64,000 nt of DNA, from positions 62,001 through 126,000 of the forward strand of contig JASANG010001737.1 in NCBI GenBank assembly GCA_030248215.1, read 5' to 3'. This stretch comes from Enoplolaimus lenunculus (taxonomy: Eukaryota). Position 1 is the first letter of the stretch, and every line of letters begins with the position of its first letter. Positions 50,269-62,330 of this stretch are shown here, piece by piece. Under the pieces are notes generated by a model that was not told where the DNA came from, made no database searches, and saw nothing but the letters and a program-made list of their open reading frames with translations. The position numbers and the translations under genes are program-made.

Positions 50269-51314
50269 ATGTTTTGCACGTACGGGTCGAAAGGTGGATG
50301 TCCGTCCGAAAAGAATCTGAGGAACGGCTGAACCGATTTTGATAAATTTTTTTGTTTGAAAGCCAATTATCCTGGGGTGTTAACCCCGCATTGGGGCTTT
50401 AATATTTTAAGCCGTTTAATAGCTACAGGCTAATTTGTATAATTAATTAAGTCTAGATTAGGACTTTCCACAATATTTCACTAATTATTACAGTTAGAAG
50501 CAATCTAATTTTAGCGTTAAAGGGTTTTTGGGTGCGATAAATCTGCGTGGACTGTTTACAAACCTCCAAATCCGATCATTGAGCAGTTAGCTAATAGATA
50601 ATTTGCATATTATCATAGTTTATAAGCCTAAATTAGGACTTTTTACAATATTTCACTAATTATTAAAGTTAAAAGCAATATAATTTTTTGCACTAAAGGG
50701 TTTTTTGGTGCGAGTAATTTGAATAAATAGTTTACAAACATCCAAAACCGATAATTGAATAGTTAGCTGATAGCTAATTTGCATATTAGCTTAATTGACA
50801 AGACAAAACTAGGACTTTTTAAAGTATTTCAATAATTATTAGGCTTACTGAAGGTTTTTTGTTGCGATGAGTCTGAATAAATAGTTTACAAACATCCAAA
50901 GCCGATAATTGAATAGTTAGCTAATAGGTAATTTGCATATTAGCTTAATTGACAAGATAAAACTAGGACTTTTTAAATTATTTCAATAATTATTAGGGTT
51001 TACTGAAAGTTTTTGGGTGCGAAGAATCTGAATAAATTGTTTACAAACCTCCAAAACCGATAATTGAATAGTTAGCTAATAACTAGTTTCCATATTAGCT
51101 TAATTGACAAGACAAAATTAGGAATTTTTAAATTATTACAAAAAAATATTAGAGTGGCTGAAGGGTTTTTGGGTGCGAGGAATCTGAGGAAATTGCTGAC
51201 AAACCTCCAAAACCGATAAATGCATAGTTAGCTAACAACTAATTTGCATATTACCTTAATTGCTTACGTGCGTTCGAGCTTCGCTCAATAAATGTAGTCC
51301 CACTACGACTGGTT
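50269..51314 (+). mobile_element. HINE copy lacking the 5' subTIR, 5 internal units
   Basis: Same core, about 150-175-bp tandem units, and identical 3' subTIR plus hairpin. Confidence 0.82.
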
Positions 51315-51950
51315 TTAACATCCCGCGCCTACGTTCTGCATAGTAACTGTATCGTACCTATGTTAAATAGGTTAAATAATTTATCAGATTGTTGCTCAAC
51401 CAACGCTAACTGTGTGAAATATATTAGAAACAAAACACTACCAACATGTCTCTTAAGGTCAGCTATCGTATGTCGTACGTCAGAGCAAACTGCAGAAGGA
51501 AAATTTTGGTCAACAGGGTTCACCTTTGGTTAATAAATAACCTACCTAGACATAGTTGGGTTAGATTTACGAATGCTTAATTAGGAATGGTTGGAATGGT
51601 CGAGGTGCAGAGACATGACATGTCTCATTGTAAGTTATTAAGTCGACATTCTACTTTTGTGAATGACATTAGTCGCTTTCCATTGCATAATCTTAAAAAA
51701 TTAGGATCATATTCAGTTTTTAAGCTTTAAAAATTCCGGGCCCGGGTTTGCCCGCAAAATAAATCGATGCCCGGTTCCGGGTTTGCATTCTTAAAAATTC
51801 CGGGTCCGAGTCCCGGGTTTTTCTTCCATAAAAATCCGGGTCCGGGTATTTAGTTTTAAATGTTATAACTCGTATCAACTACCGTAACCGGATATAAAAG
51901 CATCGAACTCTGTCTCATTTTTAGGTATCTGGTTGAACCCTGATCAATAC

Positions 51951-52517
51951 GTAGTTCTATTTCGGATTCGGATAAAATGTTTCGTCGGAATTTAAATTCG
52001 GTTTTGGAAATACCGGATCCAGCACGGTTAAACAGCGCTTGCTAAGTTTTTAAAATTAAAAGTTCTGAACATGCTCAACGTTTTCCATGGGTATACACGG
52101 AAAAGCTGTGGACATTGATTGGTCTAAAGTCCTTACTTGGTAGTTCTATTTCGGATTCGAATAAAATGGTTCGTCGGAAATCCAATTCGATTTTGGAAAT
52201 ACCGGATCCAGCACGGTTAAACAGCGCTTGCTAAGTTTTTAAAATTAAAAGTTCTGAACATGCTCAACGTTTTCCATGGGTATACACGGAAAAGCTGTGG
52301 ACATTGATTGGTCTAAAGTCCTTACTTGGTAGTTCTATTTCGGATTCGGATAAAATGGTTCGTCGGAAATTCAATTCGATTTTGGAAATACCGGATCCAG
52401 CACGGTTAGACAGCGCTTGCTAAGTTTTTAAAATTAATAGTTATGAACATGCTCAACGTTTTCCATGGGTATACACGGAAAAGCTGTGGACATTGATTGG
52501 TCTAAAGTCCTTACTTG
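51951..52517. repeat. 3 x 189-bp tandem repeat
   Basis: GTAGTTCTATTTCGGATTCG at 51951, 52140, 52329. Confidence 0.95.
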
Positions 52518-53377
52518 TCTTTACCGTGTTCACGGGTTTGAAAAGCGGCGTTACTAAATTTGGCTGTCTACGACAGCGCTACAGTATCTAAAGGTCATGC
52601 TTAAGCCTAATCTTCGATCTTAGTCTAAATCTAAGCCTAAGCGAATGCCTAAGGTATGGTTTAGGTTTAGACAGGTCGACGCTTAGGCTTCAAACCTTTA
52701 TCGTACTACGTTGTATTTGACCTGTTCTATATATATACACGGGATGCACTCGATTCTAACGTTAATCTTAAGCCTAATCCTCGATTTCAGTCTAAATCTA
52801 AGCAAGCTTGACCGAATGCTTAAGGTTTGGTTTAGGTTTATACAGATGCACGCTTACGTTTCAAGGCTTAGTAATTTGTTCGTGATCTGTTGTATATATA
52901 CACATACAAGAAGCGCTTAATTCGGTGGCTTGCTTGTTAAGAACCCTATCGTTCCAATGGCTTTTGGCATATGGTCTGTCATGATCTTTTTGGTTTCATT
53001 ACTCCCTATGCGTCTGAAACGAATGAGGTAGCAATTTAAATCGTTTTCGGGTATACACCGGCGACCAGCAGAACGTAGATGGATAGAGGCGCAACCAGCA
53101 GTATTTCATTTTAAGAAAAGGCATAAAAAGTACGAAATGTTTATTTTACGGTTATTATTTATGTATATCATGCGGCGTTTTATGATGGAATTTAACTTGT
53201 TTTAAATGACAAAGGCATTTGCTGGTTTTACGTACGGTGTTTTCGGTTTGAAGTGTTGTTGATGAGATTGCAATGGATGCTTGTTGTTGTGCGCAGTGTT
53301 CGTCGTGTGGCTTCTGTACGATTGTATGCAGTAATTTAGGGTTTTGGGTTGTTTGTGATTTCTAGCAGTAACTTATT

Positions 53378-55266
53378 AAGGCGGTAGTACGGAATCTGGA
53401 CGGACCCCCTAAGAATTTAACAAAAATTGGCCAGTCATATGGATCTCGATGAGCTGAGTACAACGGTACCACTTTTATAGTTGCATGACCAACGGTTCGA
53501 AAGTTATGGTTATCGAAATTATGGTGCAAACACTCGCTGAGTGGAAGAGAGAGTATCTATAATATCCATGTTCGTAAAGTATAAGCTTCACCAGGTTTAT
53601 ATCGTTTAGCAAATTTAATTGGCGTTTGTGCATAGTGAAAAGTTGAAGTTTGAAGGACCATCACTTCAGTAACACTGAACTCAGCGCGTCGAAGTCTATG
53701 AATAAACTGTTCTTCATTGAGCGAAGCGAAACTTTTCGCTCGGAGTTTCGCGAAGCGTTTTATGTTTTGTACTTGGGGGTCGAAAGGTGGATGTCCGTCC
53801 GTCCGTCTGTCCGTCCGAAAAGAATCTCAGGAACGGCTGAACCGATTTTGATAAACTTTTTTGTTTGAAAGCCAATTATCCTGGGGTTTCAACCTCGCAT
53901 TGGGGTTTTAAAATTTTAAGCCGTTTATTAGCTACAGGCTAATTTGCATAATTAATTAAACCTAAATTAGGACTTTCGACAATATATCCCTAATTATTAC
54001 AGTTAGAAGCAATCTAATTTTAGCATTAAAGGGTTTTTGGGTGCGAAGAATCTGTGTAGACTGTTTACAAACCTCCAAAGCCGATAATTGAGCAGTTAGC
54101 TAATAGATAATATGCCTATTAGCGGTTAGTAAGCCTGAATTAGGACTTCTTACAATATTTCACTAATTATTACAGTTAGAAGCAATATGATTTCAGCACT
54201 AAAGGGTTTTTAGGTGCGTGAAATTTGAATAAATTGTTTACAAACATCCAAAACCGATAATTGAATTGTTAGCTAATAGCTAATTTGCATATTAGCTTAA
54301 TCGACAAGACAAAACTAATACTTTTTAAATTATTTCATTAATTATTAGGGTTTACTGAAGGTTTTCGGGTGCGAGGAATCTGAATAAATTGTTTACAAAC
54401 CTCCAAAACCGATAATTGAATTGTTTTGCATATTAGCTTAATCGACAAGACAAAACTAGGACTTTTTAAATTATTTCATTAATTATTAGGGTTTACTGAA
54501 GGTTTTCGGGTGCGAGGAATCTGAATAAATTGTTTACAAACCTCCAAAACCGATAATTGAATTGTTTTGCATATTAGCTTAATCGACAAGACAAAACTAG
54601 GACTTTTTAAATTATTTCATTAATTATTAGGGTTTACTGAAGGTTTTCGGGTGCGAGGAATCTGAATAAATTGTTTACAAACCTCCAAAACCGATAATTG
54701 AATTGTTAGCTAATAGCTAATTTGCATATTAGCTTAATTGACAAGACAAAATTTAGACTTTTTAAATTATTTCAATAATTATTAGGGTTTACTGAAGGTT
54801 TTTTGGTGCGAGGAATCTGAATAAATTGTTTACAAACGTGTAAAACCGATAAGTGAGTAGTTAGCTAATAGATAATTTGCATGTAAGCATAATTGATAAG
54901 CCTAAATTAGGCGCTTTTACAATGTTTCACTAATTAGTAGGGTTACAAGCAATCTAATTTCAGCAATAATGGGTTTTCAGGTGCGAGGAATCTGAATAAA
55001 TTTTCTACAAACCTTTAAAAGCGATTATCGAATAGTTAGCTAAAATTAGGACTTTTTAAATTATTCCAATAATTATTAGGGTGGTTGAAGGGTTTTTGGG
55101 TGCGAGGAATCTGAGGAAATTGCTTACAAACCTCCAAAACCGATAAGCTAATAACTAATTTACATATTACCTTAATTGCTCACGTGTGTTCGAGCTTCGC
55201 TCAATAAATGTAGTCCCACTATGACTGGTTATATTTGTAGGGGGTCCATATTCCGTACCTCCGCCA
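53378..55266. mobile_element. TIR MITE split by the 53716 HINE; related inverted copy at about 49845-50264
   Basis: GGCGGTAGTACGGAAT / ATTCCGTACCTCCGCC ends; internal palindrome GCTGAGT.CAACGGT.CCA. Confidence 0.7.
53716..55230 (+). mobile_element. HINE copy, full length, about 8 internal units, nested in a TIR MITE
   Basis: ATTGAGCGAAGC 53716-53727 and its reverse complement 55194-55205; GTCC/GTCT microsatellite; 3' hairpin; three units at 140-bp period (54361, 54501, 54641). Confidence 0.88.
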
Positions 55267-55369
55267 CTTATTAACTGGTGTAACAAATATAGAAAAATAA
55301 AAGGAAATACATTTTTTGATTTTGGTAAACGTTGAGCACGATACGGTTAGTGGCGGAGGCGTTTAGTAA

Positions 55370-55536
55370 GGGGATGCAGACTTACAGACTTGTGGGGATG
55401 CAGACTTACAGACTTGTGGGGATGCAGACTTACAGACTTGTGGGGATGCAGACTTACAAACTTGTGGGGATGCAGACTTACAGACTTGTGGGGATGCAGA
55501 CTTACAGACTTGTGGGGATGCAGACTTACAGACTTG
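55370..55536. repeat. 7 x 24-bp minisatellite GGGGATGCAGACTTACAGACTTGT
   Basis: Directly visible; one substitution among copies. Confidence 0.95.
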
Positions 55537-57384
55537 TTCGTAGCAGGGTTGGCCCGGATGACTGCCGTGTTGTCAAATTTTTTAGTTTAAATTAGTATAA
55601 ATGGCATGGTATTTATGACGTAAATCAATCTGATGTTCTGGCCAATTACTAATTTTCCTAGTACAATCTGTTGTTTTATGTAAGAACAGTTTGTCGTCGG
55701 CTATGCTGCTATTGAACTTATAGTCCAATCAAATTGGATTATTTGGACGTGCGTAATACCGTTAACCAGCCAGCATTGGCTTTTCGCACCACTGTTGTTT
55801 ATAGCAGATTGTTTTGGGCCAATTGGTTAGTGGTAATTGGTCTGAATAATAGATTGACCTACGGCATATATACTCAATTGATAATCTGACAAATGCAATA
55901 TTAAAACCTGCATTAAGAATAAGTCAAAATATTCGGTTTGGTACGTCTCGGTGGAAAAATTTTGATTTGGTGAGAATGAACGCTCGAAAACTTGTTTTCG
56001 GTAAAATAACCGAGATATCCTGTCAACTAAAGATTTAGGCTTAGGCTTAGGCTTAGGCGTGCGGGATTTCTGATTATCAGATACTGTAGGCGGTTGGTTT
56101 AAAAACTTATAAGTAGGTCGCGATAAATGGCGAAATTTAGCATCATTTAAGAAAAATATGAGCCACGTACAAGTTTGTTGCTAACTTGACCAAGTTTAAT
56201 AATGTGTACTAGTGGCAACTTGAACATATGTGTTTGTTTCTATATTTGTGTATATATGTATAGATAGCTTTATTTAGCTTAACCAGTGTGAGTCTGTGAG
56301 AGAAAGCGGAAATTATTCATGCTGAGAACATAGACTAAAGACAGCGGCTGGTATTAGTGGGCGGCCTCAGTTAAGAGTTGGAAATTGAAAACAGCTCACA
56401 TTTAAAGTCGAAGAGTAGGGACTGTGTCGACAGCTGAATATAGGGACCGACCGAGTTGTAAATGTTGTTTTTGTATTGGGTTTTGAAACTGTCAGCGTTG
56501 AGCAAACCGGTTTGGAATTTATGTCCCGGCAGTGTTTACGCTGTTGGCCCGGGTGCGAGCCAGTACGTACGGTACTTTGGTTTCGAAGAGAAAACAATAA
56601 AGATTAAATAAAAAAACTTCGTATTAATTTTGATTGAAACGTCGCAGAATACGCTGATATCAACCAAGGGTTTTGTAAAAACTTTGTTTACAGCTAAACG
56701 AACACATACATTACATTGGACGTTTAATTTTGGCTGTATATGCCAGATTAGCCACTAGCCACGGTAAAGAATATATGGGGGGTGTGATCGGATATATTTG
56801 AATCTGATTATTTAATTTATTGTGATATTATTTCAAATGTATATAGATATTAATTTATATACCTAGATACGCTATATACACAGATATACCATATATATAT
56901 TATATATAATATATATGTATAGATAAGCATATATAATGTCTTGAATCGATTCTGACAAGAAAAGAAAAATGAAACAAATAAATATATGTAATGTATTATA
57001 CACAGGCCCTTTTAAGTAGTGTTCAGAAACAGAAATTTTTGTTGTTTATTGCGAGCGAACGGTGCAAACAGCAGTTGCTGTGTTTTCGGTATCTGTAAAA
57101 TTGTTCGCTGTCAATTTATAGTCTTTTTAATTTAAGCTCGGTCAAAGTAGGTACCCGAGCGAGCGAGAGAGAGAGAGAAATTGCTCAGAGTAGAACGGAT
57201 TTTGTGAGTGTGCGCACGCGCGGTTGTTTGAGGTTTGCACTTTTGTAGCGTGGAGTTTCTGGACCCACGCTTTGCTTTCGTTTGCGACTAGCAGGTTATA
57301 TATTGGTTGAGAACGGAACCATTGGGCGGCTGGCAGGTAGATTTGTGTCGGGTACTTTAGCAGTTTAGCACGTCGGGTTTAAAG

Positions 57385-57472
57385 CAGGGAACGACCGGAT
57401 ATTAATTTACCGGAACCGGGTACAATTATCAGATTTTGCCGGGTATTAAACCGGATATCCAGTCGCACCCTG
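57385..57472. mobile_element. hAT-type MITE family B-like (88 bp)
   Basis: CAGGG...CCCTG termini; TSD GTTTAAAG/GTTTTAAG. Confidence 0.75.
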
Positions 57473-58242
57473 GTTTTAAGCGACGGCTTTCGTACATTTG
57501 TTCACACGTTTACGCATAATCTTATAGAAAAAAAGACTTGGTTTGAGTGACAGAAACGCGTTGAGTATGAAACTTAATAAATTGAACTTATGCTTTTCTT
57601 AAGCTCATGGCATTGTTTTTTGGTTTTTGTTGTTGTTTTTTTTTGTTGTTGTTGTTCATCATTGTTGATTTCGACGGTGAATATGAAGTTGTAGTTGTAT
57701 GCCGGCCGTGGCTGTTTATTAATTTGATTTAATTAGTTTATGCGGTAGGGTGCAAGCGTACAACGGTGTTTGGTTTTATGTTTTTATGTTGTTCGTAAGT
57801 AGGGCACAGCTGGCATTTTTATACAATTTGAATGTGATTTGTTTTCAACGAATTTGTCCTTATTTTCTGACGATAAATTTTTTATTCAAGAAGTTAAATT
57901 AATTTCTTTATTTATTTTTTTATTTGCAATCTAATCTGTTCGATCATGGCGGTGGTATAAGGTGTAGCAGCGATTTGAGAGAAGTTAAAAGAATGGTATG
58001 GTAAGTGTAGGACTGTTCAATTTAAGCAGTAAAACGTTGCTCTGTTCATAAACTTTATGATAAAGTATCAAACACACGAATGATCGTAGTGTATAAATTG
58101 TTCGTTGAAATCCAGTAAATATTAACGTTTCGATAACGGTTGTTTTATTTATTATCCAATATACGACATTCAATTTATTTTCCAGTTTTGGTTTTTTTTG
58201 AAGCCAGGTACTGCTGCGCCCTTAACTTTTACAACTCGCCTT

Positions 58243-58421
58243 GGCCCATGTATAGAACGTGGCCGAATCGTTTTCCGGCGGGGCTGTACTAGAGTCAGTT
58301 TAAACTTTAGAGTAACGTTTTTGCTTAGGCTTAGGAATACCTAGGCTCATCCTGATGCTTATAGGCTTAGGCTTAGGAATATGCTGATACTACTGTACAG
58401 GGCCTGTTCTATACATGAGCG
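58243..58421. mobile_element. GGCC-ended MITE, inverted sister of 22829 with an unamplified interior
   Basis: GGCCCATGTATAGAAC / CTGTTCTATACATGAGC; TSD-like CTCGCCTT/GTCACCTT. Confidence 0.75.
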
Positions 58422-59012
58422 GTCACCTTTTGCCTGAAGCCACGAATACAGTAGAATCGAATCATGCGAATTTGTTCGTAGTACAACCATTTGCAGTGCA
58501 TTAATAACGTTGGCGCATGAAAATTCTGAGCTTGAAGTTGCTAATCTAGGCATTAGTGGGTTTTCATAGGATATTTTTTCGTATCATCCGGATATCTGAC
58601 AATTCTGGTATCAATTTCTAACGACGTTTTTTGTGTAATCCTTTATTGGAAGTAACGAGATCACTTGCAGATCGTCGCACTGGGTGGGACCCCCTGTAAT
58701 CATAGCAAATAGAATTTGGGTGAGACCCCCTGTAATCATAGCAAATAACAATTTTTAAAAATACAAAATTAGGGTGCGATTGAACTCAAAACATTTTCAA
58801 TGCAGATTGAGCTTCTTCTGATGTTTTGTATCAAAAATACTCTGACTACATTAAACACATTTGAAGCAATCATACTGAGCTTAAACAGTTTATTTTTCCT
58901 TGTTAGTTTGTTGCTGCAAAAAGATTTCTGTGACTTTCATTAATATCCTAATTCTCCTGTCGAGACTCCCGTCCCTGTTTAGTAGTAGTAGTAGTACGTA
59001 TTCAAAATTTAA

Positions 59013-59277
59013 CCCTTTCTCACATGAATATTTGCAATTTCACATGAAATGTTAAAGTTCAAGGTGAGATTCGAACCCCAGCCTCACGGTTGGGAGGCGT
59101 TTACGATGACCACTGAGGTATAGGACCTTGACGCTCGAGCCCTAGGGGGCTCTCACGTCTTGTGGAGATTTTGCTCTGCGCATATACGTTATAATTGTTA
59201 AACACTGCTCACAGTGTCTATATTGCTCGTATATTATTGTATTTAGTTGCTCATAGTATACTCTATGAGTGAAAGGG
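59013..59277. mobile_element. piggyBac-type MITE with an internal tRNA-like cassette
   Basis: TTAA|CCCTTTC...GAAAGGG|TTAA; minus-strand A box TACCTCAGTGG and B box GGTTCGAATC. Confidence 0.82.
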
Positions 59278-59387
59278 TTAAACTTTTAAGCCAGTTTGGT
59301 CAACAGGTTTATATATATTTACTTGTGATAATAACGATTATTGGTTACTATATACATTAAACCAAACCAACTGCAAAATTTTGTATT

Positions 59388-59664
59388 ATGCACGCATTTT
59401 CGCCTCATCATCATCACTGCTTACAAGCAGTCTTAGATTCGATCCCTGAGCGTGCGAGCAGTATGTCTGAGGGGGTAAATGCGACCCCTCGAAGTAGTAG
59501 TCAACAGCGGCATCATATGCTTTTAGGTCATTTGTGGGGATCAGTAGACCGTCACCCACAGTATAATAGACATTATCCGCACGAAGTGCATGAAATACCT
59601 CAAGCGCGGACGCCCGAGGGACGGCATCACAGAGCTCGGATGATGGGCGGAGGGGGTATGTCAG
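59388..59664 (+). CDS. Probable alternative first coding exon (His-rich N-terminus)
   Basis: GC-rich ORF MHAFSPHHHH...MMGGGGMS; donor TCAG|GTGAAT in phase 1, compatible with the exon at 60428. Confidence 0.62.
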
Positions 59665-60427
59665 GTGAATTCTCAAGTATCCGATTGAAAAGTGTATGAT
59701 TTGTACGCTAGCTTATCAGTTAATTTTTTTATCTGGGCTCATATTCTCAAACGAGTATAGCAACAATTCCATGGTTGGTGATGGTTCTTCTAACCTTTGA
59801 ACCAGATGATGAGCTGCGAAAATCAGTACATTTATCGCATTTGATTTGACCTACTTGAGTGCCAATTTTGAGATCCGCAATTGCAGGAGTTCTTCAGTTT
59901 GAAAACCAACCTGTTGCTAACTGGTTATACGTGCCGCTGCCAGAAATGCCATTCTACCAAAGGGATTGAATTGAGGACTAGGGTCCCGTTGGATGAGTAG
60001 CGTTAAATTTCATCAAAAACTGTTGAAATCTATTTTATGTTATATATGCATATCTTAATATTTTGCTAGAAATTATACGCAAGCCCAGAAACGGAATGGC
60101 GCAGCGAGGGTATCGAGGAGGCTGGGACAGTGCTGGTTGGAGCAGCTTGATATACGCCAAACGATAGTTGAAATATATTTTATGTATTTAAAATATATTG
60201 CACTGTTAAAATTATACTAAATTTATAACATTTAAATAATCGGTTTCTTGTTTGTCGGGGTATGCTTACCATACATCTTGACTGGTTTAGGCTTTAGGCA
60301 TCAAAAGAAATACTTGATGCGGTGCCCAGATAGAGTTTGCTAAATAGATTCGAGTAGGTGCTTTATTTATTCTTACAGAACTATACTTATTTTATGTTTA
60401 CTACTATTGTTTTGTTTTTTGTTTCAG

Positions 60428-60561
60428 ATCTTTCTGGCAGCTTGCCAACTGGCTCAGGTCATCTACAAAATATGCGTTTTATGCCTCAAAATTCACTCGA
60501 TTCGTTTTTGAGCTCAAGTGCTCATCCGGGTGGGACTGCCATAATATATAAAACCGAATCG
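60428..60561 (+). CDS. Shared internal exon (LSGSLPTGSG...QNSLDSF...IIYKTES); gene continues beyond the window
   Basis: TTTCAG acceptor with long T tract, TCG|GTAAGT donor, open in phase 1 to 0. No compatible next exon found before 64000. Confidence 0.75.
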
Positions 60562-61236
60562 GTAAGTGTGTATTATTTACATTTAATTCTGTGACTATGA
60601 TTTTTTTCGTCAACTTTTTTCACATTTTGTATTAATTTTTGTGATACGTGATGCAGCCGTTACAATGCAGATATATTGGATCAAAGTGGGACGTTACCCA
60701 CGCGGGTCGGGTAAAAAAATTTAGCCGCAAGTGTATCCGCGGGTAAAAAAATTGACAGTTTTTACCAGAGCCAAATGTTTAAAAGTTAAGGAGCAAAACA
60801 TACGCCATTAACTAAGCTAGTCAGTGAGCGCTGGAAAAGCGAAAGTTCTGTCCTTTATTTAGATGGGTTTGAAAATTTGTTGTTTCTAGCAGGGTTGCAA
60901 TCGGAAGTAAATTTTGTCGGAAGCGGAATCGGAATCAGAATAAGATTTTTTGTCGGAACCGGAATCGGAATTTAAGTTTTAGTAATTATATCCGAAAATA
61001 AAGTGTATGACTTTTGACTTTTGGTGCAGTATGTTTGTCTGTATTGTTCACAGTTTCAGTAAAAATTGCTTGTATAGCTCACTGTATTAGCGATTGACTA
61101 AAATGTAAAATGATGATATTAATGGAGGTCTGCCAGTTCTAAGAACACCACGAAATTTTAATATTGCCAAGATATTTTCGAAGCCCAGCCCAAAATTCAA
61201 CCATTTCAGTTTCTTTTAAAACATCAATCACCGCAG

Positions 61237-61317
61237 CTATGCAATCTCGCACGCTCCTATGCAATCTCGCACGCACCCATGCAATCTCGCACGCACCTAT
61301 GCAATCTCGCACGCACC
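61237..61317. repeat. 4 x 20-bp tandem repeat CTATGCAATCTCGCACGCAC
   Basis: Directly visible. Confidence 0.9.
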
Positions 61318-62039
61318 TCTAACCAACAACGCCATGAACATCTTCATTTTACGACCCGCCAGCCTCTTTGCGCATAGTAAAAACCCAAACACAACCACAG
61401 CTACAGCCTTCTGTCTGCGCCATCTGTCTTTTCAGTATCGCAATTAAATCTGACCTTTCTAATCCAAAAAAACCAAACAAACTAAAAACTTTTCTTCATT
61501 TTATTTAATTTACTCATAACATTTTTCTCATTTTAGTTCTCTCATTTTATTTATCCCGAGGGCGACGACAGTAAAACATTTTTTTTCGGTTTTTGCCAAG
61601 TGATGCGAAATACGAGCCGATAATATTGTACAGTAGATCGGCGATCGAATAGTTTATTTTGAAGTACTGATGAAAAATACGTATATATCTGCGACGAACC
61701 TTACAAGGCTTCTGACTTAGGACGGTGTGTGAACACAATGAAAACACCCGCCCCAATGCATACATCAACGTTTCCCCAGGTGTCCCGAAAGCACTTCGCG
61801 TAGCAACACATTAACCGATCACTAGCGTCGCGGTAAGTTCTCGCCAATAGCCATAGCTATTTAGCGCCGGAAATAGCACGAACCAACTTCACGGTGCTCT
61901 TCCCCGGGAAACACAACAACTTCAGCGGAACCGAAGGGGTTGGTGAGCGCCCAACTTAGCTCTTACAACGCTATAACTTTACCCACGGACGCGGTCGAAA
62001 CGATCACAAAATCCACCAACGAACGTTCGATATTTTAGG

Positions 62040-62330
62040 ACGGCGCCAGACCAGTTATTTGACCGTATCTCGTTAACCAGACGTCTGATTATGGAAAGTT
62101 TAACACCATTCGACTCAGCTTCGGAAGCCCTGTGCAATAGTATATAATGTGTCTAACTTGTTGACAAATTTTTTTGGGCCTCAAACGAGAACCATGACCT
62201 TAAAATCTAATTTTTTAAAAATTCCAGTTTGGCCGTGGAATGATCATGGGTGACATGAGAAGCCCAAATATGCAGTAAATTTCAAAATACAACCATTTTT
62301 GAGCAAACACGCACGGGCTGAGGAAGAATA
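62040..62330 (+). repeat. Unclassified dispersed repeat; other copies about 1980-2200 (+), 16440-16750 (+), 48600-48790 (-)
   Basis: Shared CACCATTCGACTC...TTGACAAA...CATGA.AAG...AAATATG...TTTCAAAAT..AACCATTT blocks. Confidence 0.7.

Noticed and set aside
55332..55595. ORFs with GMQTYRLV / WGCRLTDL repeats
   Set aside because: Translation of the 24-bp minisatellite; no supporting splice structure.
56035..56058. (TTAGGC)4 as a chromosome end or healed break
   Set aside because: Short, internal and flanked by ordinary sequence; similar runs occur throughout the window in repeats.
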